A stretch of DNA of 64,000 nucleotides from Candidatus Poseidoniales archaeon (lineage in GTDB: Archaea > Thermoplasmatota > Poseidoniia > Poseidoniales > Poseidoniaceae), in assembly GCA_038150305.1 (NCBI GenBank), contig JAYOTG010000006.1:9073-73072 (forward strand). The letters run 5' to 3'. Within the stretch, counting starts at the first letter, position 1; each line of letters begins with the position of its first letter. Shown here in pieces: positions 26,949 through 35,982 of the stretch. The translations under genes were made by a program, and so were the position numbers. Below the pieces are notes generated by a model, which worked only from the letters and a program-made list of their open reading frames with translations, made no database searches and was not told the origin of the DNA.

Positions 26949-28265
26949 ATGGGTCGCCCCCTGAACGACGTGCTCGGCATCCCCGACAACTTGGTGGATT
27001 TGTCAGCCGTGGATGCGCTGGAATTTTGGATGCAAGCCATCATCGCCGTGGCCTTTGTGGGGCTTGCTGCCCTCTTCACGAACAAGGTCATCCTCGGCCT
27101 GATGCGGAAATTGGCTGGACGAACCCAGCCGTCTTGGGACGACGACCTCGTCGAGATCGTGTCCAGCCGTGTGCTGCTCAGTGTCACCCTCGTGGCGGCC
27201 CTGTTCATGGTGCAATGGCTCTTCGATGATTTCGCTAAGTCTGCGCCTGCGTACGTCTACGCCTCGCTCATCCTCATCTCCGCCTCTGCCCTTTCGGCGA
27301 CCATCAAGGTGGTCTTCACCACCTTCCTCGACAACATGCAGAAGAGCCGTGACGTTAAGGTCGAAGGCTCCAATCCTCTGCTTGTCTTCCTCGCTCGAGG
27401 CACCGTTTGGGCTCTTGGTATCGTGCTGGCCGCGGAGCAGTTGTCGATCAACCTCTCCGGCGTGCTCGCGTCCCTGGCCGTGTTTTCCATCATCATCGGT
27501 TTGGCCGTGCAGCACACGCTTGGGAACATCATGAACTCCTTCATGCTCTCCCTCGATCGCCCGTTCGACAACGGCGACCGCATCGTGGTCGACGGCATCG
27601 AAGGCACGGTCATGACCATGGGCATGCTTTCCACCAAGATCCTCACCCTTGAGGAAGAACTGGTCATCATCCCCAACAACACCCTCGTGAACACCACCAT
27701 CACCAACATGGCCCGTGGCGGTGGCGATGGCCTTCCACGTCGTGTGGTCCTGAGCGTCGACGTCGGTGTTGATTACGCTGAGAAATCCGCTCACGTCAAG
27801 CACACGCTGCTTCGCGTCGCCCGCGACTCGGAGTACGTGTTGGACGACCCCGCGCCCCACGTCGAATTCCTCGAGATGTCGGACTATGCCAAGGTCTACC
27901 GGCTCTATGTGTGGCTTGCTTCCTTTGCCGACAAGCGCATCGCGAACGACCAGCTGCTCAGCATGATCGACGCTGAATTCGCGCAGGAAGGCATCGTGAT
28001 TCCCTTCCCCGTGGCCGTCGAACTGGACAAGGCGCCCGCTCCAACCGAGGAGAAGCTCTCGCAGAAGCGCGCTCGCCAGCACGCAGCTCAGGCCCGCATG
28101 AAGGTGATCGACCGCCGCACAGAGCGTCAGCGCCTGGCCATCCGCGAGGACATCAACATCCTCACCGAGCGCCTCGAGGAACGCATCGGCAGCAAGGAAC
28201 GCCGTTCCATCGAAGAAGAGGTCGCGCGCCTCGAAGCGGTGTTGTCCAACCTCGACCTCGACTGA
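26949..28265 (+). CDS. mechanosensitive ion channel, MscS family, with C-terminal coiled-coil extension
   Basis: TM helices followed by LSLDRPFDNGDRIVVDGIEGTVMTMGMLSTKILTLEEELVIIPNNTLVNTTITNMAR, the MscS beta domain. The tail RQRLAIREDINILTERLEERIG is predicted helical. Confidence 0.85.
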   Translation: MGRPLNDVLGIPDNLVDLSAVDALEFWMQAIIAVAFVGLAALFTNKVILGLMRKLAGRTQPSWDDDLVEIVSSRVLLSVTLVAALFMVQWLFDDFAKSAPAYVYASLILISASALSATIKVVFTTFLDNMQKSRDVKVEGSNPLLVFLARGTVWALGIVLAAEQLSINLSGVLASLAVFSIIIGLAVQHTLGNIMNSFMLSLDRPFDNGDRIVVDGIEGTVMTMGMLSTKILTLEEELVIIPNNTLVNTTITNMARGGGDGLPRRVVLSVDVGVDYAEKSAHVKHTLLRVARDSEYVLDDPAPHVEFLEMSDYAKVYRLYVWLASFADKRIANDQLLSMIDAEFAQEGIVIPFPVAVELDKAPAPTEEKLSQKRARQHAAQARMKVIDRRTERQRLAIREDINILTERLEERIGSKERRSIEEEVARLEAVLSNLDLD

Positions 28266-28274
28266 GGCCTCAGC

Positions 28275-28838
28275 ATGGTCCGCACCGTGGTGTTGGGGCG
28301 CTTCCAGCCCTTTCACTGTGGACACGAGGGTGTGGTGAAGGCCGCCTTGGCCCACGCTGCACCGGACGACGTGATGATCGCCATTGGGTCCTCAGAAGCC
28401 GAGGCCTCTATGCGCAACCCGTGGTCGGCGTCCGAGCGCGAAGCGATGATTCGGGCATGGGCCGCAGACGCTTGCAGCGCGGAAGACGAGGCCCGCTTGA
28501 CCTACGGCCACATCCCCGACATCAACGACCCGCCGGCCTGGGTCGAGCACGCCACCGCCGTCCACGGCGAAGGCGTCTTGCTGACCTCCGACGAAGACAC
28601 GGCCGTGCTGTACGAAGCGGGTGGCTGGACGGTGATTCGCGTCCCCCTTGAAGCGCGTCGGGACCGAGAGGGATGGCGCGTCCGGGAAACGGCTCGCATG
28701 CTCTCCACGGTCGGCGACGATGACGCGGTGCGCACCGTGCTTGGGCCCAACGTTCCTGCAGCGGTCATCGAATGGATGCTTGAGCACGACGCGCTCTACA
28801 GGCTTTCGCTGCTGCATGAAGGCGCCGTGGTCGGCTGA
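28275..28838 (+). CDS. nadM: nicotinamide-nucleotide adenylyltransferase (archaeal type)
   Basis: VVLGRFQPFHCGHEGVV (GRFQPxHxGH nucleotidyltransferase motif) in a protein of about 187 aa. Confidence 0.85.
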   Translation: MVRTVVLGRFQPFHCGHEGVVKAALAHAAPDDVMIAIGSSEAEASMRNPWSASEREAMIRAWAADACSAEDEARLTYGHIPDINDPPAWVEHATAVHGEGVLLTSDEDTAVLYEAGGWTVIRVPLEARRDREGWRVRETARMLSTVGDDDAVRTVLGPNVPAAVIEWMLEHDALYRLSLLHEGAVVG

Positions 28839-28839
28839 G

Positions 28840-29358
28840 TCAAGCCGCCACGACCACACGGCTGGCTTGCAGCACGCGGTCATGGAGCATGAAGCCGGCC
28901 TCGAGTTCCTCGATGACCTGCCCGGCTGGATGTTCGTCCGTCGCCGGCACGGTGGTGATGGCCTCCATCTTCGAAGGATCGAAGGCGTTCCCTTTGGCCT
29001 CGATGCGAACGACGCCCGCCGCCTTCAACTCGGCCGTCAAGCGATCGTGAAGCAGCCGGAGGGCGTCGACGGCCGGCCCGTCTTCGCCTTCGGTGGACGT
29101 AAGGCCACGGCCGACGTCCAGAAGGACGCTGACCATGCGCCGAGCAAGGTGCTGGGCGCCGTAGCGCGTGATCTCCGCACGGTCCTGGGCGAAGCGCTTC
29201 CGTGCGTTCTGCAGGTCCGCCTCGCGGTACGCGATTTCCTTCTCGGCCGCTTCGGCCCGTTGCAAGGCTTCGGTGAGGGGGTCGACGGGTTCCGGTTCAA
29301 CCTCCGGTTCCTCGACGGTCACCTCGATGGGCTCCTCCTCTGGGAGGTCTTCCGTCAT
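28840..29358 (-). CDS. grpE: nucleotide exchange factor GrpE
   Basis: Acidic N-terminus, then EKEIAYREADLQNARKRFAQDRAEITRYGAQHLARRMVSVLLD and the C-terminal beta domain GQVIEELEAGFMLHDRVLQASRVVV. Start taken at ATG 29358 (MTEDLPEEEP). Confidence 0.85.
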   Translation of the reverse strand: MTEDLPEEEPIEVTVEEPEVEPEPVDPLTEALQRAEAAEKEIAYREADLQNARKRFAQDRAEITRYGAQHLARRMVSVLLDVGRGLTSTEGEDGPAVDALRLLHDRLTAELKAAGVVRIEAKGNAFDPSKMEAITTVPATDEHPAGQVIEELEAGFMLHDRVLQASRVVVAA

Positions 29359-29395
29359 GGTGGTGGCCTTTCTGCCCCCGTCTTTCAACCCGTCG

Positions 29396-30097
29396 TCACT
29401 CGGACGTCGGAAGGCCGTCATGCAGGAGGGTGGTGAGGTTCCATGCCCCATGGCCCCACGCTGTCGCGGTCAGGTGTTCACGCCCAACGATGCCCACAAG
29501 GTTCCCTTCTGCGGCCAACCTCCCGAGGGCGTGCGACAAACTCCCCGTGGCCCGAACGTGGGCCTCATGGGTGGGAAGGATGCGTGGGTCGCGGTGCTCA
29601 TCGAGCGTCTCGCCGAGCGCTTCGCGACGTTGCATCCAGTCGAGGATCACCGCTTCGACGAGTTCTGTTTCCGTCCGTGTCCCGGCCGATGCGCGGATCG
29701 CCGTCCAGGTCGACGCTGCGTAGAGGTCATCGACGTGCGCGACCTCACGGCCGAGCAGGACGTCGAAATACAGGAAGGCTCGGCCCTCCCAGACTTCCCA
29801 CGCGCCGGGGCTGGCCCATCGCATGAGGTGCAGCAGGCCTTCCTCGCCGTCCTCGCACGTCGGCAGCGAGGCGTGAAGCGGGAGGCTGCGGTCCACGCCT
29901 GTTTGTGCCTCGGACCAATCGAGCCACTCCGCCTCCGCATCGATGTCGAAGGGACGGACCAGTCTGGTGTCGGCGTCGGGTCGGTCAGGGCGCAGTTGGG
30001 TGGCTTCCATGGCGGCGTCAACCTCGTCCCACGTGCGCTCAAGAAGCGCGGCCAACCGAGGCCGGTCCACGAGAAGGAGCACCAACTCGAGGCCCAT
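29396..30097 (-). CDS. hypothetical protein
   Basis: Continuous ORF with GC3-rich codon usage, divergent from DRG. ATG 30097 (MGLELVLLLVDRP); the track start at 30181 is a GTG. No recognisable motif. Confidence 0.4.
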   Translation of the reverse strand: MGLELVLLLVDRPRLAALLERTWDEVDAAMEATQLRPDRPDADTRLVRPFDIDAEAEWLDWSEAQTGVDRSLPLHASLPTCEDGEEGLLHLMRWASPGAWEVWEGRAFLYFDVLLGREVAHVDDLYAASTWTAIRASAGTRTETELVEAVILDWMQRREALGETLDEHRDPRILPTHEAHVRATGSLSHALGRLAAEGNLVGIVGREHLTATAWGHGAWNLTTLLHDGLPTSE

Positions 30098-30198
30098 GCC
30101 TTGAGCGCATGCTTCGCGTGTTTCAAGCCTCGCTCTCGGGCCAGTTCCAAGGGTGAGGTTGAAGCCTGACTCGCGGACCACAGGGACGGGGACGACGC

Positions 30199-31314
30199 AT
30201 GGCGACGATCCAGGAGCAAATACAGGCGCTCCAGGACGAGATCCATAAGACCCAGAAAAACAAGGCCACGAACGCCCATATTGGGAAGTTGAAGGCCAAG
30301 ATCGCCCAGCTCAAACTCAAGCAGGAAAAGGCCGCAGCCTCGGCGCGGAGCGCAGGTCCAAGCAAGGGCTTCGAGGTCCGCAAGTCGGGTGACGCCACGG
30401 TGGCCTTGGTCGGTTTTCCCTCGGTCGGAAAGTCCACCCTCATCTCCAAGGTCACCGACGCCCATTCGGAGACCGGGGCGTACGCCTTCACCACGCTGAC
30501 GTGCATCCCCGGCGTCATGGAGCACCGCGGGGCGAAAATCCAGATTTTGGACCTGCCCGGTCTGATCAAGGGTGCGGCCGAAGGCAAGGGACGAGGGAAG
30601 GAAATCCTCGGCGTGATCCGTGCGGCTGACATGGTGCTGTTCATCGTCGATCCCTTCCAAGACGGCCACTTCGACGTGCTGTACCGTGAATTGCACAACG
30701 CAGGCTTGCGCCTGAATGAGGAGCGCCCTCCTGTCTTCATCGTGCGCTCCGACAAGGGCGGCATTGACGTCCGTACCACGGTGGAACAAACCCACCTGAC
30801 GCCCGAAGAGATGGGCGCCATCATCCGGACCTTCGGCTACACCAGTGCCATTGTGACCTTGCGTCACGACACCACGGCGGAACAAATCGTGGACGCGCTC
30901 GCCATGAACCGCGTCTACGAGAAAGCGGTCGTGGCCATCAACAAAATCGACATCGCCACGGAGGAGCAACTCCAGCACGCGGAGTCCATGCTCCCCAACG
31001 AGTGGCCCATCATGCGCATCTCTGCGTTCAAGGAGCAAGGCCTGGAGGAACTGAAGGATTTCATCTACGACAATTTGGGATTCATGCGCGTTTTCCTCAA
31101 ACCACAGGGCGGTGAAGCCGACCTTGAGGAACCGCTCATCGTGAAGGACACCTCGACGGTCGAGACCATCTGCAGCAAGTTGCATCGTGATTTCGTACGG
31201 AAATTCCGATACGCGAAGGTCAAGGGTCCGAGCGCGAAATTCGATTGGCAGCGCGTGGGCCTTGACCACCTGCTCAAGGACGGTGATCTGTTGACCATCG
31301 TCGTCAAGCGTTGA
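30199..31314 (+). CDS. developmentally regulated GTP-binding protein (DRG, Obg-like GTPase with TGS domain)
   Basis: MATIQEQIQALQDEIHKTQKNKATNAHIGKLKAKIAQLK; G1 GFPSVGKST; G3 DLPGLI; G4 NKID; C-terminal TGS-like KDGDLLTIV. Confidence 0.9.
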   Translation: MATIQEQIQALQDEIHKTQKNKATNAHIGKLKAKIAQLKLKQEKAAASARSAGPSKGFEVRKSGDATVALVGFPSVGKSTLISKVTDAHSETGAYAFTTLTCIPGVMEHRGAKIQILDLPGLIKGAAEGKGRGKEILGVIRAADMVLFIVDPFQDGHFDVLYRELHNAGLRLNEERPPVFIVRSDKGGIDVRTTVEQTHLTPEEMGAIIRTFGYTSAIVTLRHDTTAEQIVDALAMNRVYEKAVVAINKIDIATEEQLQHAESMLPNEWPIMRISAFKEQGLEELKDFIYDNLGFMRVFLKPQGGEADLEEPLIVKDTSTVETICSKLHRDFVRKFRYAKVKGPSAKFDWQRVGLDHLLKDGDLLTIVVKR

Positions 31315-32038
31315 GGTCAACGGCCGCCAAGGCCGCGCCAATGAGCCCAGCATCTGCACCGAAGGTTGCCTTGCGCAGCCGCGCCGAACCCTTGAGCAGC
31401 GGCGAGAAGGTGTTCCAGTGTTCGGTGATGCCACCTCCAACGATGATGAGGCTGGCGTCGACGGCCTGTTCCATCACGGCCAAAGCCTCGTTGAACCGAC
31501 TTGCCCACGTCGGCAGGTCCAGCGCCTCGAGTGCACGAGCGCGACCGCTTGCGTGCGTTTCCAGCACACCACCACGCGTGGGATGATGAAGCAGGCCCAG
31601 TTCGAAGCCCGGCACCAACCGTCCCGCGTGGTGGACCCCACTGCCCAGGCCCGTCCCGACGGTGATCACGAGCACCGTTCCATCTTCATCAGCGGCAGCC
31701 CCGAGGCGCTGTTCGGCCACGGCCGCCGCGTCCGCATCGTTGAGCAACACGAGGTCGGGCCTGCCGAGGGCTTCGGCCACATCGGTACCCGGCCACGTCG
31801 AGCGAAGGTTGGGTGCTGCACGCACGGTGGTGCCGTCCACGCGTCCGGGAAAACCGAGCCCCACTGGAAGTGGAGGGAAGCCGCCGAGCGCACGTCGAAG
31901 CGCCTCGAGGATCTCTTGCGCCGACGTGTCGAGGTCATGGCCCAGCCGGACCACGTCGCCTTCGACCTCGCCAGTGAGGGTGTTGACCACGGCGAGGCGA
32001 CAACCGCTGCCACCGACATCGATTCCGATGGCCCGCAT
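31304..32038 (-). CDS. ROK family sugar kinase (glucokinase / polyphosphate-glucokinase-like)
   Basis: MRAIGIDVGGSGCRLAVVN, GLGFPGRV, LLNDADAAAV, ITVGTGLGSG and LIIVGGGI. It starts 1 nt after the stop of the upstream gene. Confidence 0.8.
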   Translation of the reverse strand: MRAIGIDVGGSGCRLAVVNTLTGEVEGDVVRLGHDLDTSAQEILEALRRALGGFPPLPVGLGFPGRVDGTTVRAAPNLRSTWPGTDVAEALGRPDLVLLNDADAAAVAEQRLGAAADEDGTVLVITVGTGLGSGVHHAGRLVPGFELGLLHHPTRGGVLETHASGRARALEALDLPTWASRFNEALAVMEQAVDASLIIVGGGITEHWNTFSPLLKGSARLRKATFGADAGLIGAALAAVDLNA

Positions 32039-32039
32039 C

Positions 32040-32942
32040 TCAGCGACCTCGCTCGTGCGCGGCGATGGCGTAGGGCATCAACACGTCCGCATCGAAGGGG
32101 CTGAGGCCTGGCGGTGCAAGGGCGTGGAAGGGAGGAGCCACCCAACGTGCAGGCCCCTCAAGGAGCGCGTGCAGGTCCTCGGTCGAAGCGCCCGCAAGCA
32201 GACCAAAGCAGGTCTCGTCTTCACCGTCTCGTTGGGACGACCAGCGGAGCCGACCAAGGTCTGCCCCCTTCGGATCTTCGCCGTGCAGCACGAAACCAAC
32301 GGGAAGTTCAGGCAGGCCTTCGACAAAGCTGGCGTCCATGCCTGCGCCCAACGCGAGCACGTGGGCACGGCGGGCGTTCATGGCCACGCGCATCGGCCAC
32401 GCTTCCTGGCCTTGCTGCGTCCATGCCTCGATGGACGCCGGCGAAGTTTCTGAGGCGACGTCCAGCACAAGAATGACCTGGCGCATGTTCGCATGGTGCA
32501 GCACCATCTTCCAACCGATGTCCATCTGAAGTTGCAGGCCTGCATGGTGCCGGACGCGGTTGGCGTCCACCTCGACGCTGAGGTTGCCGTCCTCGGCTCG
32601 GAACGCGTCGGGCCAAGCCCTCCAGTCTTCGCCTTCGGATTCGGCAATGGTGGCGTGCACGGCGTGATGAACGCGCCACGGTTCTTCGCTCAGCCATGCC
32701 GTGATGTGCTCGTCGTCGATCTCGACGTCTTCAGCCAAGCCCCGGTGGAGCGAGGCGTCGAAGGCCAGCCCGGACTGCGGCCGGCCGTCTGCGTCAAGGG
32801 CCGCCAACATCGGAACGCGCCAAAGCCCAAGCCCAAGATCGGCCAACAGGTCGATCCAGCGCATCGCGGCTTTGCGCACCTCACCGATTCCCGCCCCAGA
32901 GGGCAGGCTTCGAGGGTCGAGGCACACGCCCGCTCGTCGCAC
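32040..32942 (-). CDS. GH77 (4-alpha-glucanotransferase/MalQ)-like protein, short and divergent
   Basis: The N-terminus RRAGVCLDPRSLPSGAGIGEVRKAAMRWIDLLADLGLGLWRVPML resembles the amylomaltase N-terminus (GLLLHPTSLPG..G.G.LG..A..F...L...G...WQ.LPL). No RIDH nucleophile motif is visible, and at about 300 aa it is well short of the roughly 500 aa expected. GTG 32942 avoids overlap with sufT. Confidence 0.45.
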   Translation of the reverse strand: MRRAGVCLDPRSLPSGAGIGEVRKAAMRWIDLLADLGLGLWRVPMLAALDADGRPQSGLAFDASLHRGLAEDVEIDDEHITAWLSEEPWRVHHAVHATIAESEGEDWRAWPDAFRAEDGNLSVEVDANRVRHHAGLQLQMDIGWKMVLHHANMRQVILVLDVASETSPASIEAWTQQGQEAWPMRVAMNARRAHVLALGAGMDASFVEGLPELPVGFVLHGEDPKGADLGRLRWSSQRDGEDETCFGLLAGASTEDLHALLEGPARWVAPPFHALAPPGLSPFDADVLMPYAIAAHERGR

Positions 32943-32979
32943 GGTTCGGGATGGCGGGCCTTGCTTCAAGGCTGTGACG

Positions 32980-33294
32980 TCAGTCCCAGATGCCCATGTC
33001 CATCCGCGCGTCTTCACTCGCGTGGATGCTCGGATCCCAACGCGGCGTCCATACGAGGTTGACGTGAACGGTCGAAAGGCCGCTGTTCAGCGCCGCTCGG
33101 TGGGTGGCGGCCATGATTTCTGGAGCCGCAGGGCATCCCGGGCTGGTCAGGGTCATGTCGATCTCAGCATGCGGCCCCTCGTCCTTGGCTTCGATGCGGA
33201 CAGCGTAGACGAGGCCAAGTTCGACGATCGAAATCTCCAACTCGGGGTCCTCGACCGCTTGCAGCGCCTCCAGAACGTCCCCTTCATTCACCAT
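32980..33294 (-). CDS. sufT: Fe-S assembly protein SufT/DUF59 (MIP18 family)
   Basis: LEALQAVEDPELEISIVELGLVY..DMTLTSPGCPAAPEI..VNLVWTPRWDPS. Confidence 0.8.
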   Translation of the reverse strand: MVNEGDVLEALQAVEDPELEISIVELGLVYAVRIEAKDEGPHAEIDMTLTSPGCPAAPEIMAATHRAALNSGLSTVHVNLVWTPRWDPSIHASEDARMDMGIWD

Positions 33295-33700
33295 CGCTCA
33301 TCGCCTCCAGCCGTTGGGTGATCATGTCGAACATGGTGCGCACGCCGTTCGAGCGACTCGGAGTCAGGGAATTCAACACACCGGCTTCCTTGATGTGGTC
33401 CACGGTCATGGCTCGGGCCACGTCAAGGGGTTGATCGTGCATCCCAAGCGCCAGCAGCCCCATCAGGCCCTGAACCAAACGAGCGTCTGCACCGCCCCTC
33501 AGCAGGACGCGGTCGTTTTCGAGGCTGACCTCGAGGTGGGCCTGCGACTGGCAGCCCTTGACGCGGTTGTCGTCGTTCCACGCCTCCATGGGAAGTTCAG
33601 GGACGTCGTCGGCAAGGTCGAAAATGAACTCGAACCGTTCCATGCGGTCTTCGATGTCGGCCAATTCTTGGATGATGTCCTGCAAGGCCTCGGAGATCAT
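33284..33700 (-). CDS. sufE: cysteine desulfuration protein SufE
   Basis: FEFIFDLADDVPELP..NRVKGCQSQAHLEV. The GCQSQ motif carries the persulfide-acceptor cysteine. The ATGA start/stop overlaps sufS. Confidence 0.85.
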   Translation of the reverse strand: MISEALQDIIQELADIEDRMERFEFIFDLADDVPELPMEAWNDDNRVKGCQSQAHLEVSLENDRVLLRGGADARLVQGLMGLLALGMHDQPLDVARAMTVDHIKEAGVLNSLTPSRSNGVRTMFDMITQRLEAMSDGE

Positions 33701-34899
33701 GACGACCCCCCGAAGCGGTCCAACACGTGCCCCAAGGCTTTGACGAAGCCTTCTGCTTCTTCCATCGTGTTGTAGAGGTAGAAGGAGGCGCGGACGGTGC
33801 TCGAGATGCCCAAGCGGTGCAGCAAGGGTTGGGCGCAGTGATGGCCGGTGCGCACCGCGTAGCCTTGCGCGTCGAGCAAATGGGCCATGTCCTCCGCGTG
33901 CAGCGCGGGGTGAAGGAATGAGACGACGGCCGAATCGAGGTCATCGTGGCGGCCGTAGACCGTGCAACCCAGGTCGCGCAGGGCTGCTGCCGTCCATCGT
34001 GCAATGCCGAGCAGGCGGTGGTGTTCCGCGTCAAGGTCCACCTTCTCGAGGTAATCCATCGCCGCCTTCCATCCGATGGCTTCGGCGATGCGAGGGGTCC
34101 CAGCCTCGAATTTGTGCTCGTTGTCTTGGTAGGTGGAGCCCTCGATGGTGACCTGGTCGATCATGTCGCCGCCACCCATGAAGGGCGCCATTTCGTTAAA
34201 CGCCGCTTCGCTGACCGTCAAACAGCCAATGCCGGTCGGTCCGAGCATCTTGTGGGCCGAGACCGCGAGGAAATCCACGTCAAGTTCGGAGACGTCAATG
34301 CGCGTGTGGGGCGCGCCTTGTGCTGCGTCAAGCAACACGCGAGCGCCAGCGGCATGGGCCTGTTCGATGATGCGCTCCACGGGATTGCGGACGCCCAACA
34401 CGTTGGACGTGTGCACGACGCACACGAGTTTGGCCCCTTGCAACGAGGCCTCGTAGGCTTCCATGTCGAGGGTCATGTCCTCCAAAACCGGAACGTAGCG
34501 CAGTTCAACACCACGTTCCTTGGACAGCATTTGCCACGGGACGATGTCGCTGTGGTGCTCCATCTCGGTCAGGACCACCGCATCACCTTCACTGAGGTTG
34601 GCACGGCCCCAACCATGCGCCACGAGGTTGATCGCTTCCGTGGTGCCGCTCGTCATCACGACACGGTCGGCGTTGAACCATGCCTTCAGGCTGGTTCGGC
34701 AGGCTTCGTAGCCGTCAGTGGCTTCGCCTGCGAGGGTGTGCACCGCCCGGTGAACGTTGGCGTTGCTGTTGGTGTAGTAACGGTTCATGGCGTCGATGAC
34801 GACCTGTGGCTTCTGCGTCGTGGCCGCGTTGTCGAGGTAGACCAAGCGCTTGCCGTTCACCGTCCGAGAGAGGATGGGGAAATCGGAAGCGTCGACCAT
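33697..34899 (-). CDS. sufS: cysteine desulfurase SufS (class V aminotransferase, group II)
   Basis: YLDNAATTQKP, SAHKMLGPTGIG (PLP lysine) and RTGHHCAQPL (active-site Cys loop). Confidence 0.93.
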   Translation of the reverse strand: MVDASDFPILSRTVNGKRLVYLDNAATTQKPQVVIDAMNRYYTNSNANVHRAVHTLAGEATDGYEACRTSLKAWFNADRVVMTSGTTEAINLVAHGWGRANLSEGDAVVLTEMEHHSDIVPWQMLSKERGVELRYVPVLEDMTLDMEAYEASLQGAKLVCVVHTSNVLGVRNPVERIIEQAHAAGARVLLDAAQGAPHTRIDVSELDVDFLAVSAHKMLGPTGIGCLTVSEAAFNEMAPFMGGGDMIDQVTIEGSTYQDNEHKFEAGTPRIAEAIGWKAAMDYLEKVDLDAEHHRLLGIARWTAAALRDLGCTVYGRHDDLDSAVVSFLHPALHAEDMAHLLDAQGYAVRTGHHCAQPLLHRLGISSTVRASFYLYNTMEEAEGFVKALGHVLDRFGGSS

Positions 34900-34908
34900 G
34901 CGATGACC

Positions 34909-35982
34909 TCAGGTGATGCGGGCACAATCCAGGTGAACCGTGAGCCGGTCGCGAAGCGTACGCCTTGCCTCCGCTGCAGCGATGGGCCGGAACGCGTCGG
35001 CAAGGAAGCCTTCGACGATCATCGCGGCTGCCTCTTCCGGGCCCAATCCGCGGCTCATCAGGTAGTGGAGCTGGCCTTCGTCGAGGCTTGCGCTGGCCGC
35101 ACCGTGTGCGGCCGAGACGTCGTCGGCCAGGACCTCGAGTTCAGGGATGGCATCAGCACGCGCACCCTGACTCAACAGCAGGTTGCGGAACACCTGGCCG
35201 GCGTCGGTGCCGTCGGCGCCGGCGTCGATGACCAAGCGCCCGGTGCCGACGCTGCGGCTGCGTCCACCGCACGCAACGTTGGCCACAAGGGACGAGGTGG
35301 TGTGGCCCACGTGGTGATGGATCTCGACGTGATGGTCGTCATGTCGCGTGCCCTGGCCATGAACCGCCAGTCCGATGCGGACGTTTCCTCCCATTGCGTC
35401 GAGGTGGTGGCGGAGGTCGGACTTCCTTCGGAAGCCTCCGACCGACAAGGTGCCCGTTTCGAAGGTCGCATCACGGCCAACGCGCCAATCGTCGCAGCGC
35501 ACCACGCGAGATTCGAGGTGAAGTTCGTCGGTCACGACCACGCTGAGGTGGCTGCCGTTGGCGACCTTGCCGGTGAGGTGGAGCCCGCACCAGCCGGCGT
35601 CGCCTGAAAGGTGCAGGTGAACGACGGCCTGTCCTTTGCAGGTGATGTGAAGGCGTCCCACGGCCACGTGGCCGGCCGCTCGGAGGTCGACGTTGACGAC
35701 CTCCTCGTGGTGCCCTTCCAGGCTGAGGTGCATGGGGGCGGTGTCGAGGTCGGCCAAGGTGTGTCGGGCGATGTCGTCCACGTCGGGGAGGGTCGTTTCA
35801 GGTCCGTCGACCACGACAGGAAAGAGATCGGGACTCCCCTCGCTTAGGGACGCCGTGCCGGTGGCGTCATGGAGCACCATCCGGACGGCCGTGCTGTCGG
35901 CGTCATCGGGCCGCATCCACGACCAAGGCGTTGAGCGCCAAAGATGGACCGCGCTGGAGGGGTCCTCCATCGCGGTGCTCAT
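34909..35982 (-). CDS. sufD: Fe-S cluster assembly protein SufD
   Basis: Beta-helix repeats and the C-terminal [37 protein letters not shown]. Its start overlaps the sufB stop (ATGA). Confidence 0.85.
   Translation of the reverse strand: MSTAMEDPSSAVHLWRSTPWSWMRPDDADSTAVRMVLHDATGTASLSEGSPDLFPVVVDGPETTLPDVDDIARHTLADLDTAPMHLSLEGHHEEVVNVDLRAAGHVAVGRLHITCKGQAVVHLHLSGDAGWCGLHLTGKVANGSHLSVVVTDELHLESRVVRCDDWRVGRDATFETGTLSVGGFRRKSDLRHHLDAMGGNVRIGLAVHGQGTRHDDHHVEIHHHVGHTTSSLVANVACGGRSRSVGTGRLVIDAGADGTDAGQVFRNLLLSQGARADAIPELEVLADDVSAAHGAASASLDEGQLHYLMSRGLGPEEAAAMIVEGFLADAFRPIAAAEARRTLRDRLTVHLDCARIT

Noticed and set aside
27003-28355. 450-aa minus-strand ORF over the MscS gene
   Set aside because: It is antisense to a channel gene with a clear MscS beta-domain signature. 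It has no motifs.
29647-31440. 597-aa minus-strand ORF overlapping the DRG GTPase gene
   Set aside because: It is antisense to an unmistakable DRG gene (G1-G4 motifs, TGS domain). It has no recognisable motifs of its own.
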